Shown one piece after another: positions 46,921 through 55,600 of a DNA stretch of 64,000 nt; the stretch's first letter is position 1, and each line of letters opens with the position of its first letter. Made by a program: the position numbers and the translations under genes. The notes below the pieces were generated by a model, which was not told the origin of the DNA, did not search any database, and saw only the letters and a list, made by a program, of their open reading frames with translations. The stretch is taken from the NCBI GenBank assembly GCA_024639185.1, contig JAHEIW010000002.1:2842-66841 (forward strand). Direction: 5' to 3'. This stretch comes from Deltaproteobacteria bacterium. Its GTDB lineage: Bacteria; Desulfobacterota; Desulfobacteria; Desulfobacterales; JAHEIW01.

Positions 46921-46936
46921 TGGCATAGTCTATGCT
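46921..46936 (+). promoter_or_regulatory. Sigma-54 promoter upstream of the REC-hdr operon
   Basis: Plus-strand sequence TGGCATAGTCTATGCT, about 75 nt upstream of the ATG at 47012. Confidence 0.7.
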
Positions 46937-47011
46937 CTTACAGGGGCCAAGACCCTTTACCAGGCGTGCTGAGCTTACCCATCATAGCGTCAGCGTTTCA
47001 GAGGATTTTAA

Positions 47012-47455
47012 ATGTCAAATCCCGTTGAAAGAAAGAAAATTCTTGTCGTTGATGACGAGGCGGATATGCGGATCTTTCTGTGTAATCTGTTGGGTAATTG
47101 CGGATTCCAGCCCATCGGCGCCGCTGATCGCATCGAAGGGATCCAAAAAGCAAAAGAACAAAAGCCGGCCTTGATTATCCTGGATGTAATGATGCCGAAG
47201 GAAAGCGGGATTCTGATGTATCGCCAACTCCGAGAAGACAAGAACCTCAGGAAAGTGCCGGTCATCATGGTATCGACCATCGATAAAAAGATGTTTTCAC
47301 GATACCAGAAATTGCAAAGCAGACCTCAAAAAACGGCCGCCGCCGAACCGGGCGCCTACCTGGAAATGCCCCTGGAAACCGAAGAACTGGTTCGGCTGGT
47401 GCGCAAGATGACGTCAACCACAGCATATGATGCTGCAAGGAAACTTGACAAATAA
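47012..47455 (+). CDS. Single-domain response regulator (atypical: the conserved Lys is replaced)
   Basis: KILVVDDEADMR...ALIILDVMMPKESG...VIMVST, but YLEMPL where receivers have xxKP. Confidence 0.8.
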   Translation: MSNPVERKKILVVDDEADMRIFLCNLLGNCGFQPIGAADRIEGIQKAKEQKPALIILDVMMPKESGILMYRQLREDKNLRKVPVIMVSTIDKKMFSRYQKLQSRPQKTAAAEPGAYLEMPLETEELVRLVRKMTSTTAYDAARKLDK

Positions 47456-47479
47456 CAGGACGCAAGAGGCACAGCCATT

Positions 47480-50400
47480 ATGTCTGTCAGAATAGGATTT
47501 TATATCTGCCACTGTGGAATCAACATCGCTTATAAAGTGCGCGTGGAAGAGGTCGCAGCCTTTGCCCTTAAATTGAAAAACGTGATCGTCGCCCGGGATT
47601 ATAAATTTATGTGCTCGGACCCGGGTCAGGTGATGATTGAAAAAGATATAAAGGAATTGGATTTGAATCGGGTCGTAGTGGCCTCATGTTCGCCGCGCTT
47701 GCACGGGAAAACGTTCATGGGGGTCTGCGAGCGCGCCGGGATTAATCCGTATTTTTTTCAAATGGCCTCGGTACGCGAACAGGTCTCCTGGGTAACGACC
47801 GATGAAAACGAAGCCACCGACAAAGCCAAAAGTCTGGCAGCGGCGGCCATTTATCGCGTCAACTACCATGAAAGCCTCGAAGCCCGTCAAGCCCCTGTAA
47901 ATCCTGATATGCTGGTGATTGGTGGCGGTATCGCCGGAATGCAGGCCGCCCTGGACATCGCCGACTCGGGCCATCAGGTCTATCTGGTGGAAAAGGATAC
48001 CACCATCGGCGGTCACATGCTGCAGTTTGATAAAACCTTCCCCACTCTGGATTGCGCCGCCTGCATTGGAACACCCAAAATGGTCGAGGTAGCGCAAAAT
48101 TCGAATATCAAACTGCTTTCATACAGTGAAGTGACGGATGTTTCCGGATTCATCGGAAATTATACGGTTAGCGTCCGACGCAAGCCCCGCTACGTAAAAG
48201 AGGACCTCTGCACCGGGTGCGGCGAATGTGAAAAGGTCTGTCCGGTGAGCATATCGAGCTCGTGGGATGCCGGGATAGGCACTCGCAAAGCCATTGGCCG
48301 CACGTTTCCGCAAGCCATTCCGATTACCTTTAACATCGAAAAAAAGGACCGGGCACCCTGTGTGGCGGCCTGCCCTGCGGGCACGAACGTGCAGGGGTAC
48401 ATCCAATTAATCGGCCAGGGCAAGTATGCGCAGGCGATCCAACTGATCATGGAGCGCATTCCGTTACCGGGGGTGCTGGGCCGGGTGTGCCCGCATTTCT
48501 GCGAGGCACAATGCCGCCGTGTTGAAATTGATGAGCCGGTAGCCATCCGGGAATTAAAGCGCTTTGTGGCCGATCAGGTGAACCTGGAAATGCTACCACC
48601 GCCGGAAATAAATGAACGTCCGGAAAAAGTGGCCATTGTGGGATCGGGCCCGGCCGGATTGACGGCGGCTTATTACTTGCGCTTGAAAGGATATCAGATA
48701 ACTCTCTTTGAAGCGCTAAAAGAATTGGGCGGCATGCTGCGTGTCGGTATCCCCGATTATCGCTTGCCGCCAGAAATTCTGGCAAAAGAAATCGATCACA
48801 TTCTGCGACTGGGTGTCGAAACCCGCACCGGCGTCCGATTCGGCGACGATTTCAGTATGAAGGATCTTGAACAGGAAGGTTTTTCAGCTGTTTTTCTCGC
48901 AGTGGGTGCCCATCGGTCGACCAAACTCGGCATCAACGCTGAAATGGACGCTGATGGAATTATCGATGCCCTGCAATTTTTAAGAAATATTAATCTTGGC
49001 TCTCGGACATCCCCTGGAAATGATGTGGTGGTTATCGGCGGCGGCAATGTGGCCATCGATGCGGCGCGGTCGGGCAAACGGTCAGGCACACACAAAATGA
49101 CGGTGGTATACCGCCGTTCAAAAGATGAGATGCCGGCCTATGCTGAAGACCTACAGGGCGCCATCGAAGAAGGAATTGACTTTTCATATCTAACGGCGCC
49201 GGTCCGCGTCCGGGTGAATAACGGCAAGGTTGTCGGGTTGGAATGTTTGCGCACCGAACTGGGCGCACCGGATGAAAGCGGCCGGCGCCGACCGGTTCCG
49301 CTGGAAGGATCCGAATTTCTGATCTCATGTGATGCCATCATTTCGGCGATCGGCCAGCGCGTCGATACCTCATGGGCCGATCAGATACCGGTTCTGAAAT
49401 GGTCGCAACGGGGAACGCTCGAAGTGGATCCTGACACCATGCAGACATCTGTGCCCCATGTATTTGCCGCCGGGGACGCCGTCAGCGGCCCGGCCACCGT
49501 CATTGAGGCCGTTGCTGCGGGACATCGGGCGGTCAAGGCCATAGAGCATTACCTGGCCGGCGAGGAAATGGAGGAAGCCCATGTACAAAAGGCCACCGCG
49601 AATCCCGGCACTCAAAATTGGCAGGCAATCCCCGAAAATGTTTCGAAGGCAGATCGCGCTGTGTCACGCCAAATCGTGGCTGCAAAGCGGATAACTTCTT
49701 TTGAAGAAATCGAACAGGGATTCTTAAAGGCTGAAGCCAGACAAGAAGCCCAGCGCTGTCTGAACTGCGGCATCTGTAGCGAATGCATGGAATGCGTCCA
49801 GGTCTGCGAGCCGCAGGCCATTGACCATTCCATGAAAGAAGAAGAAATAACCCTGGAGGTCGGCAGCATCATTATGGCCACCGGATACGACACCATGGAT
49901 CCCACACCTTTAAAACCCTATGGCTACGGTGTATATCCGAATGTTTTCACGGCGCTTGAATTCGAACGCCTGAGCAATGCAACCGGTCCCACCGGTGGAA
50001 AAATTCTGATTCGTGACGAAAACGGCGAATTCACGCGAACCCCGCAAAGTGTCGCTATCCTTCACTGTATCGGCAGCCGCGATGTGAATTACCACGAATA
50101 CTGCTCACGGGTGTGCTGTATGTATGCACTTAAATATACCCATCTTATCAAAGAAAAAGTGGGACATGATACCCAAGTGTATGATTTTTACATTGACATG
50201 CGCTGTTTTGGTGAGGGCTATGAGGAATTTTTCCGCCGCTGCCAGGAAGAAGGAACCATTTTCATACGCGGTAAGGTTGCCGAGATCACAGATAATGCCA
50301 TCCATCCCGGCGAAACGGGAAAACTCATTGCGCTGGGTGAAGACACGTTGCTTGCAAAGAAATTGCGGGTTCCGGTCGATATGGTGATTCTATGCACGGC

Positions 50401-50890
50401 TATGGAGGCCCGCGAGGATGCCGCCGATATGGGCCGCATTTTGGGTGTCAATTTAGGAGCCGATGGATTCTTTCTTGAAGAGCATCCGAAGCTGGGGCCG
50501 CTAAATACCGCAACCGACGGCGTATACCTTTGCGGGTGCTGTCAGAAACCATTGGATATCCCGGATACGGTTTCGCAGGCAAGCGGTGCAGCTGCGAAGG
50601 CCCTCTCGCTAGCTACCCGCGGAACGGTAGATATTTCACCGACAATATCCTGGATCGACCCGGACATTTGCATTGGATGCCAGACCTGCATTGAACTGTG
50701 TCCATACTCGGCGATTGAATTTGACAAGCGACGTGGTGTCTCGGTCGTCAATGAGGCGGTTTGCAAGGGATGCGGTAGCTGTTCGGCACATTGCCCCAGC
50801 GGAGCAGCTCGCAGCCGCCATTTTCAAAGCAGACAGATTTTTGCCGAAATTGATGGAATTTTAGAAACCGTCTCCCGGCTGGGACGGTAA
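47480..50890 (+). CDS. hdrL: HdrL-type large HdrA homologue: HdrA flavoprotein with an inserted GltD/NfnB-like NAD(P)H-binding module
   Basis: HdrA N-terminal domain (FYICHCGINIA...VVASCSPRLH). FAD fold MLVIGGGIAGMQAALDIA. HdrA signature HCIGSRD...YCSRVCCMY. Several CxxCxxCxxxCP ferredoxin motifs. Residues of about 290-700 look like the glutamate-synthase small subunit (GRVCPHFCEAQC; VAIVGSGPAGLTAAYYL; GGMLRVGIPDYRLP). Confidence 0.9.
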   Translation: MSVRIGFYICHCGINIAYKVRVEEVAAFALKLKNVIVARDYKFMCSDPGQVMIEKDIKELDLNRVVVASCSPRLHGKTFMGVCERAGINPYFFQMASVREQVSWVTTDENEATDKAKSLAAAAIYRVNYHESLEARQAPVNPDMLVIGGGIAGMQAALDIADSGHQVYLVEKDTTIGGHMLQFDKTFPTLDCAACIGTPKMVEVAQNSNIKLLSYSEVTDVSGFIGNYTVSVRRKPRYVKEDLCTGCGECEKVCPVSISSSWDAGIGTRKAIGRTFPQAIPITFNIEKKDRAPCVAACPAGTNVQGYIQLIGQGKYAQAIQLIMERIPLPGVLGRVCPHFCEAQCRRVEIDEPVAIRELKRFVADQVNLEMLPPPEINERPEKVAIVGSGPAGLTAAYYLRLKGYQITLFEALKELGGMLRVGIPDYRLPPEILAKEIDHILRLGVETRTGVRFGDDFSMKDLEQEGFSAVFLAVGAHRSTKLGINAEMDADGIIDALQFLRNINLGSRTSPGNDVVVIGGGNVAIDAARSGKRSGTHKMTVVYRRSKDEMPAYAEDLQGAIEEGIDFSYLTAPVRVRVNNGKVVGLECLRTELGAPDESGRRRPVPLEGSEFLISCDAIISAIGQRVDTSWADQIPVLKWSQRGTLEVDPDTMQTSVPHVFAAGDAVSGPATVIEAVAAGHRAVKAIEHYLAGEEMEEAHVQKATANPGTQNWQAIPENVSKADRAVSRQIVAAKRITSFEEIEQGFLKAEARQEAQRCLNCGICSECMECVQVCEPQAIDHSMKEEEITLEVGSIIMATGYDTMDPTPLKPYGYGVYPNVFTALEFERLSNATGPTGGKILIRDENGEFTRTPQSVAILHCIGSRDVNYHEYCSRVCCMYALKYTHLIKEKVGHDTQVYDFYIDMRCFGEGYEEFFRRCQEEGTIFIRGKVAEITDNAIHPGETGKLIALGEDTLLAKKLRVPVDMVILCTAMEAREDAADMGRILGVNLGADGFFLEEHPKLGPLNTATDGVYLCGCCQKPLDIPDTVSQASGAAAKALSLATRGTVDISPTISWIDPDICIGCQTCIELCPYSAIEFDKRRGVSVVNEAVCKGCGSCSAHCPSGAARSRHFQSRQIFAEIDGILETVSRLGR

Positions 50891-50908
50891 AAAAACAAGG
50901 AGCGCCTT

Positions 50909-51331
50909 ATGCAAGATTTTGAACCGACGATTATTGCCTTTGTCTGTAACTGGTGCACATACACGGCAGCAGATCTGGCCGGCACCTCCAGGCTGACCTA
51001 TCCTAAAAATGTGCGTTTGATTCGGGTGATGTGCACCGGCATGGTGGATCCTCAGTACGTCATCAAAGCTTTTTTGGAGGGGGCCGACGGCGTGCTGATC
51101 AGTGGCTGTCATCCGGGTGACTGTCATTACATCAATGGCAATTATAAAGCCCGCCGGCGCATTAAGCTTTTAAAGGAAATTCTGCCCCAATTCGGTTTTG
51201 AGCCCGAGCGGCTTCGATTAACCTGGATCGGCGCCAGCGACGGGATTCAATTTGCCGAAATTATGGATGAACTTGTCGACCAGGTCAAGGCTTTGGGACC
51301 CAATCAGGCAAAGCTCAAAATGGTCATTTAA
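50909..51331 (+). CDS. mvhD: Methyl-viologen-reducing hydrogenase delta subunit homologue
   Basis: 140 aa. IIAFVCNWCTYTAADLAG...VMCTG...ISGCHPGDCHY, the MvhD [2Fe-2S] Cys pattern. Confidence 0.9.
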   Translation: MQDFEPTIIAFVCNWCTYTAADLAGTSRLTYPKNVRLIRVMCTGMVDPQYVIKAFLEGADGVLISGCHPGDCHYINGNYKARRRIKLLKEILPQFGFEPERLRLTWIGASDGIQFAEIMDELVDQVKALGPNQAKLKMVI

Positions 51332-51444
51332 CTTTGGGTAATGGATATTGGGTATTCGGTATTGGTGGCCTAACACAAAAAGATGCAAACAGCAAACAAC
51401 TCGTACCAAATACCCAGTACCGAAAATCAAAATTGGAGATACCG

Positions 51445-52590
51445 ATGTCGATTACGGGAAAAATCGAGGTGCAAGACAAAGATATTTTAGGAGCTTTGGG
51501 AGCGTTTTTTAAGCGCGTTTTGGAAACAGATGACATCAACGCCATTTTGGTGCCGCAGCATCTTTCAATGAAAAATATGGTTATGCCGACGCTGGTAACA
51601 GATCCCGAACAGCTCAATGGTGTAGATCCCCTAGCACCGGCATTTCCCATGAATGCCGCTAAAATTGTTTCGCGTCTGACCCGTAAACAGATGGGATCTA
51701 AAATTGCGGTGGTGTTGCGCCCCTGCGAAATCCGAGCCTTTGTTGAACTGGTCAAACTCAAGCAAGGTCAAATGGACGAAGTGATGCTCATCGGCATGGA
51801 TTGCCTGGGCGCATTTCAAAACAAAGATTACCTGCAATATGTTGACAGGCACGGGGACAAATCCACCGAGCGCTTCTATCAAGACGTTTTGGATGGGAAG
51901 CAGGCAGACATAGAAGGTGCTACTTTGGCTTCAGCGTGTATGTCTTGCGAAAATCCGGTGCCCACAAATGCAGACATCCTGATCGGTCTATTTGGCGTTG
52001 AGATCGCGGATTATCTGTTGGTACAATCGCAAAGCAAACGCGGAACAAATCTTTTAAATCAGATGCACATGACCGAAATCCCAGAACCAGCCTCACGCCA
52101 GGATGCCATCACCGCCATCGTTGCGCAGCGCATTGCCTGCCGAGATGAAATGTTTGTCAGAACACGCGCAGCTACCGATAGCCTGGAAAAAATGACGGCC
52201 TATCTGGCCAATTGCGTCAATTGTTATAACTGCCGGGTGGCATGCCCGGTGTGTTACTGCAAGGAATGTGTTTTTGTAACCGATGTGTTTAACCATGATC
52301 CGTCTCAATACTTGCGATGGGCCAATCGGAAAGGCGTCATTAAAATGCCAACCGATACGCTCTTTTTCCATCTGACCCGCTTGGCCCATATGAGCACGGC
52401 CTGTGTGGGGTGCGGCCAATGTTCAAATGCCTGTCCAAATGGTATTCCGGTGATGGAGCTCTTTCGCACCATATCACAAAGCACCCAGCGCGCATTTGAA
52501 TATGAGGCCGGAAAAAGCATCCAGCAGGAACCGCCCCTTTCGGTATTTTATGAGGATGAATTTCCAGAGGTGGTTGGCATCAACAGTTAG
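51445..52590 (+). CDS. FrhB/FdhB-like Fe-S flavoprotein (F420-hydrogenase beta-subunit-like N-domain plus 2x[4Fe-4S])
   Basis: IAVVLRPCEIRAFVEL resembles the FrhB_FdhB N-domain. Ferredoxin motifs CVNCYNCRVACP and CVGCGQCSNACP. ATG at 51445 with GGAGA 6 nt upstream. The track start at 51334 lies in a structured spacer. Confidence 0.72.
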   Translation: MSITGKIEVQDKDILGALGAFFKRVLETDDINAILVPQHLSMKNMVMPTLVTDPEQLNGVDPLAPAFPMNAAKIVSRLTRKQMGSKIAVVLRPCEIRAFVELVKLKQGQMDEVMLIGMDCLGAFQNKDYLQYVDRHGDKSTERFYQDVLDGKQADIEGATLASACMSCENPVPTNADILIGLFGVEIADYLLVQSQSKRGTNLLNQMHMTEIPEPASRQDAITAIVAQRIACRDEMFVRTRAATDSLEKMTAYLANCVNCYNCRVACPVCYCKECVFVTDVFNHDPSQYLRWANRKGVIKMPTDTLFFHLTRLAHMSTACVGCGQCSNACPNGIPVMELFRTISQSTQRAFEYEAGKSIQQEPPLSVFYEDEFPEVVGINS

Positions 52591-52628
52591 CAAATTATTT
52601 AATAAACCTATGAAAGCGGGTGTTGCAT

Positions 52629-55600
52629 ATGGCTAGAAAAATCGGCAAAGCGCTGGTCGTCGGTGCTGGTATCGCCGGTATAAGAGCTGCTTTGGATTTA
52701 GCAGAGTCCGGTTATGGCGTCATTCTGATTGATAAGTCCCCGCATATAGGCGGGATCTTAAGCCAGCTCGATTACCAGTTCCCCACCGACCATTGCGGGA
52801 TGTGCAAAATGCTTCCGCTGGTGGACCGGGATGCCAGTTCGCAGTATTGTCTGCGCAAGGGTCTGTTTCATGAAAACATCGACATTACGTTATCCACAGA
52901 GCTTGTTTCCATCAAAGGAGAACCCGGCCAATTTCAGGTGATGCTGAAAGAACATCCGAACTGGGTGACCTCAGATCTTTGCACAGGCTGTGGCGAATGC
53001 GTTGACGCTTGTCCGATTGAGGTTCCGGATGAATTCAATTCCGGCCTGGGAACCCGTAAAGCAATTTATCTGCCGATACCCCATGCCATTCCAAATCCCT
53101 ATGTCATTGATTACACTGTGTGCACCCGCTGCGGTGCATGCGAAGAGATGTGCCCGACAGGCGCCATTAAAATTCCCGAAAAGGCCCGCGGGGACTTCCG
53201 CATTTTAGTTGTGGATGATGAACTGATCGTACGCGATTCATTAAAAGAATGGCTTGCGGAAGAGGGTTTTGCAGTCGATATGGCTGCATCCGGTCAGGAA
53301 GCGATAGAACAATTGTCTCAACAGACCTACCAGCTGATGCTTTTAGACTTAAAAATGCCCGAAATGGATGGTGTTGAGGTCTTGCAAAAAACCATTGATG
53401 AATTTCCCGATCTGGATGTCGTCATGATGACCGCCTACGCAACCGTGGAAACCGCTGTCGAAGCCATGAAAATCGGGGCCCTGGATTATCTGGTAAAGCC
53501 TTTTGATCCGGAAACCCTGATCCCCATGGTCAAACGCTTATATCAAGAGCGGGCTGCCTCTGAAGGTCGCCAGATTGAAGTTGGCGCAGTCGTGTTGTGC
53601 GGGGGCACCGCTTTTTTTGATCCGGCCAGCGGCAAAAATACGTTTGGTTATGGAATATTTCCCAACGTCGTCACCCACCTGGAATTCGAGCGGCTTTTAA
53701 GCGGTACCGGTCCTTATCACGGACAGCTTGTCAGACTGGGCGACGGCCAAGCGCTCCAAAAAATTGCCTGGATCCAATGTGTCGGTTCCAGAGACCTGCA
53801 GCTGGAAGCCGATTACTGTTCCAACATCTGCTGCATGGCAGCGATCAAGCAAGCACTGGTGGCCAAACAAAAGGCCCGCGGAAATTTAGATACAACCATT
53901 TTTTACATGGACATGCGCACCTTTGGAAAATCCTTCGAACGCTACCGGCAGCAGGCCGAGGCAAAACATGGCGTTCGGCTCAAAAGGGCGCGGATTCATA
54001 CGGTGGACCGGCATGCCGCTTGCGGCGATTTGATTCTGCGCGGCGTGGATCTGGCAGGACAATCCAGCGAAGAACGTTTCGACATGGTGGTTCTGACTGT
54101 CGGTCAACGGCCGATCGGTGGCGCAAATGACCTATCCGAATTGGCAGGAATAGAGCTAAATTCACTTGGTTTCGCGCAAACCGAAGCTTTTTCGTTAACG
54201 CGGTCCTCACGAAGCGGAATTGAACTGGGGGGATCATTTACGGGTCTAAAGGATATCAGTGATTCTGTTGTACAAGCGTCTGCCGCCGCTTTAAATGCCT
54301 CACGAATTCTGCATGCCGCCGGCGGCAGTCTGGCCCTAAAGTCCTCGTCATTCATACCATCGACCGATGTGCTGCGAGAAGTCCCCCGGATCCTGGTGAT
54401 CGTTTGTACCTGCGGTGTTCGGCTCCCGGCAGCCGTCGACACCCAAAAAGTCATCGAACAGCTCACGGCTGATCCGCTGGTTGATGGCGTCGATTTTGTC
54501 GAGCAAACCTGTACGGCCGCTGGATGGGAACATCTTGAAAAACGGGTCGCTGAAAGCAAACCAAATCGGATCCTGATCGGATCCTGCCTGCCATATGTCT
54601 ATAAGCGCAAGATTAAAGATCTCGGCCAGCGAATCGGTCTGAATCCGAGCCTCATCGACGTGGTCGATCTTGCATCTGAGTACCAGAAACACGTTTTAGA
54701 AAAAGAGCCCAAGGAGTTTATTACCCAAAATGTAACTTCCAAACTGGAGATGGGCATCGCCAGGCTAAAATGGATTGAACCGTCAGCACCCCCGGACATT
54801 CCGGTCATCCAGCGGGCACTGGTGATCGGTGGCGGCGTTGCCGGTATGACGGCCGCTTTGGCAATCGCCGATCATGGTTTTCAGGTGGATCTGGTGGAAC
54901 AAAATGATCGATTGGGTGGCAACCTCAACTGGTTGGAGCGAACGCTGGATGGGCACCAGCCCACAGAGTTGCTGCAACAAACGCGTACATCCGTAGAAAA
55001 ACATCCTCAAATACAGGTGCATACCCAAACGCGTGTGGTGCGCTCAACAGGCGAAGTAGGCCACTTTCAGACCACCATAACCGATGCGCAAAACACTGAG
55101 CAAACCCTGGATCATGCGGTCACCATATTGGCGACCGGTGGCAGGGAGGCCGCGACCTCCGCTTATGGGTACGGGACAAGCCCGGTCATTGTCACACAGA
55201 AGGAACTGGAAGAAAAACTGTCAAACCAACCATTGGATGCCACCCAATTACATTCAATCGCCATGATCCAGTGTGTGGATTCGCGCGAGGAGCCCCGAAA
55301 TTATTGCAGCCGCGTATGTTGCGCGAATGCTTTAAAGCACGCCCTGCACCTGAAAGAAATAAATCCTGACATTCAAATTTATATTCTCTATCGGGATATG
55401 ATGACCTACGGCTTTGACGAATCCTATTATACCCGGGCCCGCAAGGCCAACGTGATCTTCATCCAATATCAATTCACTGAAAAACCGCAGGTCATGGCTA
55501 ATCAAGAAAGTGTGCGCGTAACCGTCATTGATTCCATTATAAATAGGCCCATACAAATCGAGGCGGATCTTCTGGTGCTGGCCACCGGCATCATTCCCAA

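Noticed and set aside
51334-51444. N-terminal extension of the FrhB-like ORF (track start at 51334)
   Set aside because: The extension overlaps the mvhD stop codon (51329-51331 taa; atg at 51334 is 2 nt later) with no RBS, and it lies in the repeat/hairpin spacer. The ATG at 51445 has a good GGAGA RBS.
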